Shown in pieces: positions 19,701 through 28,800 of a stretch of 64,000 nt of DNA; within the stretch, counting starts at the first letter, position 1, and every line of letters starts with the position of its first letter. A model generated the notes under the pieces. That model was not told the origin of the DNA and ran no database searches. It saw nothing but the letters and a program-made list of their open reading frames with translations. This stretch comes from a virus. Position numbers and translations under genes: made by a program. The stretch covers positions 64,001 through 128,000 of IMG/VR virus record IMGVR_UViG_3300029319_000002; one strand, 5' to 3'.

Positions 19701-22700
19701 TCGTCGCTACTACGGAGAATATTGTTTCTCCACGAGGTATTGTTGAGACAGTAAGGAAGATTACAAAGGGTGGAGGACTTAGTGTTTATAGAATAGGTAA
19801 TGCAAGTGCTAGTGCCCCTGATGCAGTATATGCAATTAGTTTTTGGGTTAAGATGGCTTCCACCGGTACACCTGGTTTTAATATTGACATTAATGATGTA
19901 GCTCCAACATCACATCCCGAATTTTCACCCGACCAAACTACTACTGAGTGGAAACGTATTGTTGCAATTGGTGGGTTTAGGGATGATGGTGGTGCAGCTG
20001 GGCACAGGTTCTTCGACATTAACCTCACCGCATCCAACGATGTACCCCTTTACATATGGGGTACTCAGATTGAACAAGCTGAATTTGCAAGTTCTTACAT
20101 TCCAACCACCAGCAGTGCCGTAACCCGTGCTGCGGATGTATCGACCAGCACAACCGGTTCTGCAAGTATTGTTACTGCTGAGAGGGGTGTATTAGGTTCT
20201 GTTGCTGGAGAACATGCTGTAGGTTCTGCTACGACCGTTAGAGAGGGTCAGTATATCATTAGAGATGATGTTGTTTTCTTTGATAGTCCTCCTCTAAGTG
20301 GAGTGAATACAGTATTTAATTTTGAGCAAACTGGAATTCCCACAAGTTTCTCAAGAATGAGATTTCATGGAAGAGTATTCAGTAGATTAAGTTATGAAAA
20401 TAATAAAATCTTTGACGATATTTCTCAACAGTTTGATGGTACTGAAAGTGTATTTGAATTACTTTCAAATGGAGACTCTACGGAGGATATCTTCTCATCT
20501 GCTGCAGGTATTTTAACTGGTACAGATGTTAGTAGTGGTGTAATTCTACTGAATAATATTTTCCAAGTTCCAAGTATAGATTATGATCTAGTTGAAAATG
20601 TTGGAGTTGGTGCATCCGTTGAATTTACAGGAACTTCTGCCAAAGAAGATCTTCCTAAAGGTGGTAGAATTTCAGAATTTACTATTGAGAGAGGTGGTGG
20701 ATATCAACCCCTCACTAGAGCAAGTGCAATTATTGATACGTCTGCCGGACAATTATCAGGTGGTTCTATTACAGGACTAACATTAGTTGAAAGGGGAAGT
20801 GGATATCGTGAAGATACATTAGTAACGATTCACAATTCAAATCCAGGAACTGGTGCTACAATTCATGCTTTAGTTGGAACTGGAACATACACTGGAAATA
20901 GTGTAGGAGTTCAAACTTTTACCTATGATAATTCAATTGGAATAGCCACAGTAGGAACAAATTCTGCACATGGATTACTGATTGGAGAACTGCCAAACGT
21001 AAATCTGACAGGTATAATTACTAATATATTCCCAGGTGAAAATAGAATTGAAGCATTTGGAGTATTAGATATTATTGATACTCAAACTTTCATTATAAGT
21101 ATTGGGACAAGTTCTACAAGTTATTCATATTCTAGTGGAGGAAACGTTTCTCCAGGATCTAATGTCGGATTTATAACAGGATTTAGAATTGATAGTGGTG
21201 GATCTAATTATACCTCAGGAAATAGTCTTCTTCCCATTATTCCATCACCAAAATCATACTCTCAACTATCTTTACAGGGTGGTTCTGGAAGTGGAGCTGT
21301 TGGTGATTTAGTCATCATTGGTGCAGGAGGAACAACCTTTACATTTGAACTTACTGATAGTGGAATTGGATATAGGGAAAATGACGTATTGACTATTTCT
21401 GGAATTCCAACTTCACCATACTATAGTGGAACTCACACAGATTTTAGTTTAACTGTAGATAGTACACTTAGAGATAAATTCTCCGCATTCACATTTGGTG
21501 AGATGCTTTTATTTGATGATATATCTTCACAGGCAAATGGTGGAAGAGTTTCATTTAGTTTGACAAGAACTGTTGATGGAACTAAGTCCTTAGTAAGTTT
21601 AGATGCCGTAGATGGGGCAACATTTGATATTAGAAATAATTTACTCGTATTTGTCAATGATATTTTACAAATACCTGGAGTTGCTTATAAATTTAATGGC
21701 GGAACGAAGATTACTTTCACTGAGCCACCAAAAAAAGGATCTAAAATTGCTATCCTATACTATAAGGGATCTGATGAGGATATTATCGAAATTGACATCT
21801 TAGAGACTGTTAAAAAGGGTGATTTACTTAGATTAGATAAGTATGACCCACTTAATCTTGATCAACAAAATCAAAGACGTGTATTTGATATTTTATCATC
21901 TGATGTTGCTGAAACAAATAATTACAGCAATGTTGGACTTGGAACTGATCCAGAATTATTGAGACCGATTGATTGGACTAAACAATCTAGAGATTTAATT
22001 ATTAACGCTGAGATAATTTATAAAACAAGACCTGAATTAATTACCAAACCAATACCAAATACTAATATTATTAAATCAATAACAACATCAGATTCGGAGA
22101 TTTTTGTTGATACTGTTAAAAATTTTGAGATAGATTCTTTATCTGAAATTGATAATGATTTATTATTAGTTGATAATAGTTTTGGTCAATATGTTGGTGC
22201 ATCCGCAACAATTACAGTTTCTGAAAAAATTGTTCAAACTATTTCTGTGTCTGCTGGTGGATCTGGATATTATGATGCTCCAAATGTTAGTATATTCAGT
22301 CCTGTACCTCAGGAAAAAATTACTGGAATTGCCTGGGATGGAGATGATAATGTTGGTATTATAACTTACTCTACAGATACCAATATTGGAGTTAATCCTC
22401 TAGCAGTGGAGACCGCTTCTATTGATGCCGGTGTCGTTGTAACTGTTGAAGATGGAAGTTCATTATCAATTAATGGAGTTCAGTTTATTGGCAGAGAGTT
22501 TAATTCTATCCAATACTCAACATCCGATCAACGATATGTCGTTGTGGGTGATAATGGAATTGTTGGATATAGCACCGTTACTGAAAAAATTAATCACTTA
22601 GTTCAACCTGCAGGATCCGAATTATTCAATGAAAAACTCAACGGAAGTGCTGCTGGTGTCAAAGGATATGGTGAAGTGTATTACATTGTTGGTGATGGTG

Positions 22701-24223
22701 TTGTTGGATTTGCATCTGACATTAAAGGAGTTTATAGTAGAGTTGATACTGCGTTCCCACCTGTTGTTGGAGGTATTGTAGGATCTTCAAATCTCGATCC
22801 CAATACTAAAGTATCATTTACGGATATCAATTTACGTGATATTAAGTATTTTAATACTATTGATAAAGCAGTTGCAGTTGGTGGAACAATCATGGTCAAC
22901 TCTTTTGCAGATCCCGGTGAAGATTGGCAAATGGTTAACATTGACAGCACTCTAGGTGGACCTGGAGGACAGTATCTAAATGCAATTGCATATTATAATA
23001 GACAGGATGCCTCTAATCCAGGAGCACCACTTTCTGCGGGATATGTTGCTGTTGGACATACAAATTATATCTTCAAGAGTCATAGTGGAACAAAATGGAA
23101 TGAAGATGGAACTTCACTATCCTTCCAAGTTCCTCAATCATCTTTACCATCTCAAGCATTAAATAAAAATTTCCTTGGAGTTGCTGCAAATAATGATGAA
23201 ATTGTTGTTGTTGGAACTGAAGGTCTAATTATTAGAGCAACTACTTTGAAATCTAATTCAGATTCCTGGACATATGTTGGAGTAAGTACGACTGAAGATT
23301 TTATTGACGTTGTAAGAACTTCTAATGCTTTTGTTGCTATTTCAACAACCGGAAAAACCTTTACCTCTACTCAAGGAATTACTTGGACAGAACAAAGTTC
23401 GGAACTTTATGGAATCGGTAAAACAATTAATGATTTACTATATGTTGAAAGTTTGGACAAAGTTGTTGCTGTTGGTGCATCTAGTGGAACTTCTGCCTTG
23501 ATAGCAGAAAGTGATAATTCCACTGTAGTTGCAACATTTACTGCTGGAGTTGCCAATGGAATTGTTACTAGTATAACTATTAATAATCCTGGATATGGAT
23601 ATAGTGAAACTAATCCCCCAATTATTCAGGTTGCTCCTCCAATTGCTAAATATGAAAATATAGAAAATGTTAAAGTTGAAGGTGATTATGGTATTGTAGT
23701 TTCTATTTCTACAGTAGCAGGAATTAATACTGACATTGGAATTGAATTTCAATTAAAAACTGATCCTTTATTAAATTCTCCTTTGTATGATGCTTTCACT
23801 ATCACTAGCAGTGGTATTGAAACTGGATATTACTTTAGCATTACTGATTCCATTTTTGCATCTTCTGAGGAATTTGCTGGTGTAGATGAATCCAATAATA
23901 ATATTGTTCTTTCTGATGGACTTGAAAAAATCTATAGAGCATCCTCAGTAATAACTGATACTGTGGTAGGTATAACGACTGTTGTCTCTGACATCAATTT
24001 AACTGAGTTTGCAGACTTAGATTCTGTTATTTCTGCCGTTGGATCTGCATATACTGAATATTCTCATGTTGCTAGGTATAGTTGGGGAAGAATATTTGAT
24101 TTTGATAGACCAAATCCAAAATCCTATTCAATTAAGGTTGGTTTTGGTTCAGATCATAATAATACTGGGTTATCTTCTAATCCAATTGTTATCAGAAATA
24201 AGCAAATAAAGGAAAATTACTAA
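10712..24223 (+). CDS. g7: Giant baseplate wedge / structural protein, gp7-like, 4503 aa
   Basis: Position between g6 and g8; N-terminal VPDFILEENPLFLEFLKSYF and YSSKGT..SFEILFRILYG; HSKIVGWAFDGNPIY module; many repeated beta modules. Confidence 0.7.
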   Translation: MYINLEDRKVLIEDVVSGFVPDFILEENPLFLEFLKSYFKSREAFGSDIDIIRNILQYQKLEKLFSIKETTTLSSDVTEFANTITVASTEGYPSRFGLVQINDEIIAYESKTDTQFKNCFRGFSGATELGKYTDRNTYTFKNTNAQRHSSGDVVKNISILFLKEFLFYLKSKYLPGFENVDFYPGVNEELVIASIKDFYSSKGTFNSFEILFRILYGADPIVFLPKEKILKPSASEYINATELIVEVKSGDINNIKGSTIFQESNTILDVEESEGVVFDVNFLESIQIPERFFESGTSSQSGNIITVVSADHGLRNGNSVYIKFSEIDGGGTSESKVYTQVLVVDNDTFQVFSSTSKIVLNQSANINTIIENTNDIYKIKLSRVDGKFYFAGKTLLRKLVSPNDTAVFVDSTVGFPESGSIEINGDTVQYTSKSINAFKGCTGIDVAANIGSQVTSNLTVVSYENGDKAKPVVMRIVDSTTNELSNDNIIVKNNTKLKIKSIGSVESNYIADSFIQNTPVEYEVADVDLISNKLLFKSPHNFLSGDRVDIKDFFAVNENGIRNKLYFTNVLITTNINTPNQIEITQPINPTLDGKKVVVSKSLQFGQVSPDFQNLDKEPANVQRILKDNNKNYYAATSSIPEFLISLNPRSNSTVKTFTTSDGSLVFGSDDSLIFNVNHNYNSGDKVKFIITGSQKSIDQIAYVKKIDQQTLKLSLSASSVDSNDFIDIDSYKTDAGGSNFTVTLIRNEFADRTTEDQQLIRQIRSNNNFGETYDFDMKPYQPFGVLVDGVDLYPPFTTDEINYGKIESITTLDGGSGFDIINKPVGIFTGTTTGIGCSVKIFVEGEIQDILVTNKGKNIKNIPNIKVLGGNNSDVKLTPVLVEEFISKNFSPTKDVSLINDTITFSDGHVFETGDRVKYNLVGIGTSIGISGGGSLVNNSEYFVIGINTTTIKLANTKLESFNGTAINFGNTLGSGSQKLTSVDPKTILDRVDITSPGTFKNHEIAFSTIIEEYPPTKTYSKILKGINQESDYFYYRDHGFSTGDLIQYTSASTVIGGLVNNNYYYIIKLDEDAFRLAHAGSNIESLSKTNFDDNLFVKITSIPVSTGHVFKIPPITFTIEDSMATVVPTIEPIIRGKIKSVTLDSFGQQYGSQVVNLIRSPKLEISKGTGAIVNLIISNGRIDSAYVANGGSGYFNTPNLIVNPGNSSGKFAKLFARVSNGIITAVDVISGGSNYDNTSSVTIETPGSGENFDIQLQKWKVNTIAKNVLNANGDFTNNEYYIIPGRDSTNQIVSSYAPKTLRSKFGDTENRSDSDIAGKSFPHSKIVGWAFDGNPIYAQFGYKNATSTSEGVKRIKSCYTLIPPDTINADPNRPNINDYFIGYFINDYYYDNQIGDLDEFNGRYCITPEFPDGTYAYFSTIGANGKPAFPYAIYGLKDRYSSFNLDYLKSNQSYLQDIQDELVTCTSTYSFKNEITNYPFLKNEINKELLVVQDQNKSILKNLKVVDAGNNYRVDDTVVVENDEIFGKNAKGLITSIKGVGINTITTVRTGISTVFFDIRPNFVRAIVEKPHNFVDRDNVRVIIAGINTSNFTFLNNTYPINVDKPTTTLIESIPNAGVTTELKISDSVESLGIFVDDFIKIDNEKMKVLRVDNDSNQIRVQRNVDGTTIASHTAFSNVNILPSTFDFTTGIQTSIFTQKYNKIYFNTSNVGIGSTTTTMIDFVGIQTQIKVPFKRLYAPSHKFETNQEVTYNFDTVNGIGLTVSDTSDLSQTRTLNNGDKLFVVKYDDDYLGLSSERVLLGAGYTAITYDPGFYFPVSMVGDPYDQSLTFNKLPVGEASELQTTIDTAKVHGLSLNDKIKLNVKPNFVKEYQLFFDTNYNSFKLPNLFVNSGFSSAQNTITFNNHGLKTNDRVIYTEETGDSLGPDFVDGDFYFVKVFSENTFSLGNTKNSILRDDVLNITANSGSYSLSPLDPKITAVRGSKVKFVGVATLPASLQFFDVNEPKLGKDINTSSFSFTNDSIEIDTTDLPSEIFIYPKQNGFSLGKSGASIEVIESVYNNEYKVTGISSNTQFNIELFSDPSILSYGSTNSSLEYSTTSNTALGPINDIKIINRGSLFLFPTGIATVKSKTGNNSIINYELEKSDEGTNVTRLINSIYDFTSDKTYTLNADVPSIVSVRSNNKIVGIRVTDSGRGYIEPPKVKILNQPDIYSISNLSGNSVGSVNLISKNNGILSDSVTVFADFHTNGVQVTRVTVEADNTSINLFIKEPNNGFSEFPFALNDEIYVDGIVAESDSGTGFNSSDYDFRFFKVIGITTTPGSANVRYSIAGTAQTAGTFDSLKSYGRVIKKEDLAKFEALLESSNYTPGEIITSNSGFSGKIANDGWNSKNKILSIIEQNGELSVGDVLTGAESGAKSIINSTTDYQSTIVRNSLSKNEIDVEDGIGNLNEEDQVLPDNFYHQSFAYDIISDVSLDKWESTVSSINHISGFEKFGTFVVNNDVGIGVSFGEGSAQSSIVVVNELVNLNTTYQFDLASENIIDTGLFSLSNEIAFNSRRITDSIEAKTNRAVLIDDISPNFTGEYDADDGGQFVGVTSFRLTTSETGITTSLFVKYFDSAATTVVSVSDDKITIPSHNFSTGELLEYSVEGGTLISIGSTDKTLAGVTTTKLPSQVFAIRIDDDNIRLAGLSSDAKSQRYFDISAVGSGLQKLTSTTQNTRCMLLIDGIIQSPLSTSDISASIAGFVTSSTETSIPLVGITSINTNSLIQIEDEIIRVDVVGSNTVQNLLTYSERLDEWTAGNNTTVTPNAVTAPDGTRTADRVYNLNAGSTFVGIGTIDIGTTYTASVYAKAVTSGTNNKFTFNIGGGVDNASSQFTTTDEWQRFTFTHTPTSVSAAPTNRLYINNEGDGFVSDIYVWGAQLEESSTASRYIQSVESFVSRASTATYVDDTTGLVTTAAVDTARYEDGKLILEDASTNYALNSDSALGSTIGSTLVATTENIVSPRGIVETVRKITKGGGLSVYRIGNASASAPDAVYAISFWVKMASTGTPGFNIDINDVAPTSHPEFSPDQTTTEWKRIVAIGGFRDDGGAAGHRFFDINLTASNDVPLYIWGTQIEQAEFASSYIPTTSSAVTRAADVSTSTTGSASIVTAERGVLGSVAGEHAVGSATTVREGQYIIRDDVVFFDSPPLSGVNTVFNFEQTGIPTSFSRMRFHGRVFSRLSYENNKIFDDISQQFDGTESVFELLSNGDSTEDIFSSAAGILTGTDVSSGVILLNNIFQVPSIDYDLVENVGVGASVEFTGTSAKEDLPKGGRISEFTIERGGGYQPLTRASAIIDTSAGQLSGGSITGLTLVERGSGYREDTLVTIHNSNPGTGATIHALVGTGTYTGNSVGVQTFTYDNSIGIATVGTNSAHGLLIGELPNVNLTGIITNIFPGENRIEAFGVLDIIDTQTFIISIGTSSTSYSYSSGGNVSPGSNVGFITGFRIDSGGSNYTSGNSLLPIIPSPKSYSQLSLQGGSGSGAVGDLVIIGAGGTTFTFELTDSGIGYRENDVLTISGIPTSPYYSGTHTDFSLTVDSTLRDKFSAFTFGEMLLFDDISSQANGGRVSFSLTRTVDGTKSLVSLDAVDGATFDIRNNLLVFVNDILQIPGVAYKFNGGTKITFTEPPKKGSKIAILYYKGSDEDIIEIDILETVKKGDLLRLDKYDPLNLDQQNQRRVFDILSSDVAETNNYSNVGLGTDPELLRPIDWTKQSRDLIINAEIIYKTRPELITKPIPNTNIIKSITTSDSEIFVDTVKNFEIDSLSEIDNDLLLVDNSFGQYVGASATITVSEKIVQTISVSAGGSGYYDAPNVSIFSPVPQEKITGIAWDGDDNVGIITYSTDTNIGVNPLAVETASIDAGVVVTVEDGSSLSINGVQFIGREFNSIQYSTSDQRYVVVGDNGIVGYSTVTEKINHLVQPAGSELFNEKLNGSAAGVKGYGEVYYIVGDGVVGFASDIKGVYSRVDTAFPPVVGGIVGSSNLDPNTKVSFTDINLRDIKYFNTIDKAVAVGGTIMVNSFADPGEDWQMVNIDSTLGGPGGQYLNAIAYYNRQDASNPGAPLSAGYVAVGHTNYIFKSHSGTKWNEDGTSLSFQVPQSSLPSQALNKNFLGVAANNDEIVVVGTEGLIIRATTLKSNSDSWTYVGVSTTEDFIDVVRTSNAFVAISTTGKTFTSTQGITWTEQSSELYGIGKTINDLLYVESLDKVVAVGASSGTSALIAESDNSTVVATFTAGVANGIVTSITINNPGYGYSETNPPIIQVAPPIAKYENIENVKVEGDYGIVVSISTVAGINTDIGIEFQLKTDPLLNSPLYDAFTITSSGIETGYYFSITDSIFASSEEFAGVDESNNNIVLSDGLEKIYRASSVITDTVVGITTVVSDINLTEFADLDSVISAVGSAYTEYSHVARYSWGRIFDFDRPNPKSYSIKVGFGSDHNNTGLSSNPIVIRNKQIKENY

Positions 24224-24259
24224 AATAAATAATAAAAAAGTCTTGTCACTTCAGAAATA

Positions 24260-25810
24260 ATGCCAGCCCACATAACTGATCAATTTAAAATTATTAATGC
24301 GAATAATTTTGTGGAGTCTGTTAAAAGGACTACAGAAAATTATTATACCTGGTTAGGTTTACCAGATCCAACCAACACCTTAATAGGTGGTGTTTCAAAT
24401 TGGAATAGTTCCACTCCAAATCCCATTGATAATTTTAAAAATCAAAATGATTATCATGACACAATGCTTTTCTTTAAGAAAATAACTGAAGGTGATGTAA
24501 AAAGAGTTATAAGAAGAATTAATTGGGTTTCTGGACAGAAATATGACATGTATAGACATGATATTTCTGTCAATAATTTGACAAATGTAACTAATAGCAC
24601 AACATTATATTCATCTAATTTTTATGTAATGAATTCTGATTTCAGAGTTTATATTTGTTTAAATAATGGCACTAATCCTGAAAATCCAAATGGAAAACCT
24701 TCTCTAGATGAACCCGTCCATACTGATTTAGAACCAAAATCTGCCGGATCCAGTGGAGATGGATATATTTGGAAATATCTTTACACTATTAGCCCGATTG
24801 ACATCATTAAATTCGTTACAAAGCAGTTCATACCGGTTCCTAATAATTGGGGAACTAAAGATACTCAAGAAGTAAAAAATACTTCTATTCGTGGCAGAAT
24901 TGAAACTGTTTTAGTTAGTAGTTTTGGTAATAACAATTATACTCCTGGAGTATATTCAAATATTCCTATCAAAGGAGATGGAACAGGAGGATTAGTTAGT
25001 ATTGTTGTTGCAAGTAATGGAAAAATTTCTTCAGTTAGTGTAATTAATGGTGGTAATGACTATAGCAGAGGAATAATAAATTTTGATAAAGATAGTGTTC
25101 CTAGTTTGAACTCCGGAACTGCAGCAACATTTGATGTAATTATTCCACCTAAAGATGGTCATGGAAACAATATCTATAGAGAATTGGGATCAAATAGAGT
25201 AATGATTAATACGGTGTTTGATAATAATTCATCTGATAATAGTTTGGATTATATTATTGGAAATAATTTTGCAAGAATTGGAATTATCTACAATCCTACA
25301 GTAACTTCCAGTGTTACTAATACAGGAACTGCTCTTGGAGCAATTAAAGTTAAGAGTACGAATGAAAATATACCAATTTCTGATACAACATACAATGTAA
25401 ATAATGTAATTAAACAGTCAGTTTCTACAGGGACAACTGCTGCTGCATATGTTGCATCTTACGATGCAAACAATGGAATCATAAGGTATTATCAACCAGT
25501 AGGATTAGCAAGAAGTGATACTAATTACGAATTAAATAATTTTAAATTTGTTTCTGGTGATCAAAGTGCAATTACAATCACCGGAAATAGTTCAGGAAAT
25601 TCATTGATTATTGATGATTTTACTGGAAGTTCAGTAACTGATCCAAATACTGGTGTAAATGTTCCTTTTGGAACTGAATTTGTAAATGGAATTGCGAAAC
25701 CTGAAATTCAACCTAAATATAGCGGTGACATAATCTATATTGATAACAGGGCTTCTGTTCCTAGATCCAACAATCAGAAAGAAGATATCAAAATTGTACT
25801 AGAGTTTTAA
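24260..25810 (+). CDS. g8: Baseplate wedge subunit gp8
   Basis: VIRRINWVSG..YDMYRHD, SDFRVYICLNNG, DGYIWKYLYTI and C-terminal EDIKIVLEF. Confidence 0.92.
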   Translation: MPAHITDQFKIINANNFVESVKRTTENYYTWLGLPDPTNTLIGGVSNWNSSTPNPIDNFKNQNDYHDTMLFFKKITEGDVKRVIRRINWVSGQKYDMYRHDISVNNLTNVTNSTTLYSSNFYVMNSDFRVYICLNNGTNPENPNGKPSLDEPVHTDLEPKSAGSSGDGYIWKYLYTISPIDIIKFVTKQFIPVPNNWGTKDTQEVKNTSIRGRIETVLVSSFGNNNYTPGVYSNIPIKGDGTGGLVSIVVASNGKISSVSVINGGNDYSRGIINFDKDSVPSLNSGTAATFDVIIPPKDGHGNNIYRELGSNRVMINTVFDNNSSDNSLDYIIGNNFARIGIIYNPTVTSSVTNTGTALGAIKVKSTNENIPISDTTYNVNNVIKQSVSTGTTAAAYVASYDANNGIIRYYQPVGLARSDTNYELNNFKFVSGDQSAITITGNSSGNSLIIDDFTGSSVTDPNTGVNVPFGTEFVNGIAKPEIQPKYSGDIIYIDNRASVPRSNNQKEDIKIVLEF

Positions 25811-25816
25811 TAAACA

Positions 25817-28800
25817 ATGTCCGAGACACTCAATCTTAATTCGTTTCCTTACTTTGATGATTTTGACGAATCAAAAAATTACAAGAAAGTTCTGTTTAAA
25901 CCTGGAGTATCAGTTCAGGCTAGAGAGTTAACTACTCTTCAATCTTCTATTCAGAATCAACTTGAGGCATTTTCGGACACGGCATTTTTTGATGGACAGA
26001 TTGTTGAGGGTGGAAGTTTAAATTATATTCCAAAACTTGATTATGTTTTATTAGAAGACACTTTTAATGGAATTCCAGTATCTTCTTATATTAATAATTT
26101 TAATAATCTTGTCTTAATTGGTGAATTAACTGGCATACAAGCAAGAGTTATTTCAGTAGTCTCTGCAGAAAAATCTGAAAAAGGAAAAACTACACTATAC
26201 GTTAAATATCTCTCATCCAATTCTACCGATTTTACTGAAAAGACCTTTAGAGATTCAGAACAATTAATAACACAAACATCCGTAAACATTGGGACTACAG
26301 TATTCTTTGAGAATACACCTATGGCAAAGTGTGTCTCTACAAATGCCACTGGATTAGGATCTGCGATTAAATTAAATCCTGGAAAAACATATATTAGAGG
26401 ATTTTTTGTAGATTTTGATGAAAAATTACTCATTTTAGATCAGTATGAAACAGAACCCAGCTATAAAGTTGGATTTGAAATAGATGAAAAAATTATAACC
26501 TCATTAGAAGACTCTAGTCTCAACGATAATGCTAGAGGGTTTTCAAATTTTTCTGCACCAGGAGCAGATAGACTCCAAATTTCATGTGAGTTAGGAAAAA
26601 AGACGATAGATGATTTAGATACTGATACTTTTGTAGAAATATTAAGATTTGAAAATGGAATATTAAAATATAAGAGTCCTGAAAGAAGTTATAATTTTAT
26701 AGAAGATGAATTAGCTAGAAGAACATATGATGAGTCTGGAGATTATATTGTAGATGATTTTGATGTACAGATTGATGAAACTCTTAATGATCTAAAAAAT
26801 TCAAATGGACTTTACTTAGATACTGAAAAAACTTATAAGAATAATGAACCTTCAGAAAGTTTAGTATCTGTTTCTATATCACCCGGAAAGGCATATGTAA
26901 GAGGATATGAGATTGAAAAAATTTCAAATACAATATTTGAAGTAGAGAAAGCAAGGGATTCAAAACTAATTGAAGATTCTACAATTCCAGTCAATTTCGG
27001 TAAAAAAGTTATAGTTAACAACATTAATGGATTACCAAACACTGGAATTACAACTTACTATGCAGAACTCAGAAATAGAAGAAAAGATGGAGATCATTTA
27101 AGTGGAAGTGGAGATATTGTTGGATATGGAAGGATTTATGATAACAAATTGAGGGAGTCTTATAGTAATAATTCTAGTGAGCAAGACCTATATCTTTATG
27201 ATTTACAATTTTTATCTGAAATCACTGTTAGTTCAAATATTGTAAGCTATCAGGTAGGATCTTTATTGGAAGGTAAAAATAGTGGTGCCATTGGATATAT
27301 TGCAGGAACAGATGGACTCGAAACTGATCCTACAGGAGTATCCACGTTTACTGTCTATAGAGTAAGTGGAAACTTTGTTCCCAATGAACCTTATCATATT
27401 GATGGTATTTTAGATGCAAGATTAATTAAAACTGTAACTAACTTTAGTTTTGATGACACTAAATCTATTAAAATGGTTGGATCTGGTGTTACATATACCG
27501 CAGACTTGCTGCTAACAAATGAAACCCAATTAGGTGATTTTGGTAATACTTATAATATAACTGCAAGAACTAGTGAAACTGGCATTTCTACCATTACATC
27601 AACTGACAATAGATTTACTAGAGTTAGAGTAAATGATATTATTAAATATACTCTCCCCGGAATCTCAACATCTTTTCCCACACTTAATAGAGTTGTTTCT
27701 GTAAATACTGCAGAAAATAAAATTACAGTTTCTCAAGTTGAGGACGTATCTAATTTCTGCGACGGTGATCTTCCTAGTGCAGCTACAACCGTAAATGATT
27801 TAGTTATTGCTAGACCTGGAATGGAGGTGTCTAGTGATCCTGGACTATTTGCAAGCATTCCTGAAGAATTAGTTTCTGATATTGATATTGATTCCTCCAT
27901 ACTTTCTGTAAGAAAAGAGTATAATGTAAATATTGCAAACTCTTCAGGAACAGTTAATGAGGGTGACCCAAATTTTGCTTTTGTTGGATATGGAATTGAT
28001 AAGTATATTCTTATATACTCCGATGGAACAATAGAACCACTAACTAGCCAAAAGATTGTCCTATCAGGAAGTTCTAGGCAACTAGATTTAAAGTCTTTGA
28101 CAAAGACAACCGACACTGGAGCAACTTTGATTGCTACTTTAGATAAAAGAAACTTAACCACAACAGGAAAAACTATTAGAGGTGAAAGTGCCTTTGTCTC
28201 TAGATCTACTAGCCCAATATCAGGATCTGGTAAAGACACTCTCAATGATGGACTAACACCAGATGTTCAAGGAAAGTATGGAACTAGAGTTCAAGATAGA
28301 GATATTTGTTTAAATCACCCCGATGTGATAAGAGTAAATGCCATATTTGAATCTGAAAATCTTACAGATCCTCTAACACCAACTTTAACTCTTACTAATA
28401 ACACTTCTTCACTAATAGAGTCTATTCCTGGTGAAGAAATTGTTGGTGAAAGTTCTGGTGCTGTAGCAAAAGTAGTTGATAATTTACCTCTTCAAACTAA
28501 TACAACCACAAAAGTTAATTTTGTATATTTAAATAGTAAAAGATTTAATATTGATGAAAAAGTAACTTTTAAATCTACTAATATATCTGGAAATATACAA
28601 TCTTTAACTTTTGGTAGTAGAGATGTAACTTCCAATTTTAGTTTTGATAGTGGACAAAGAGATGATTATTATGATTTTGGAAAAATTGTAAGAAACAAAA
28701 CTGGATATGTTCCAGCAAAGAGACTTTTAGTTATATTTGATAGATATGAATTATCTGCGGGAACAAATAACATTGTAAACTATGATAGCTATGCATTTAC

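Noticed and set aside
19061-20150. g7 insert as an intein or intron
   Set aside because: No N-terminal Cys/Ser splice block with a terminal HN, no LAGLIDADG/HNH motif, and the frame is continuous.
25808-25819. g8 and the VrlC-like gene are in frame (possible fusion)
   Set aside because: They are separated by two consecutive TAA stops.
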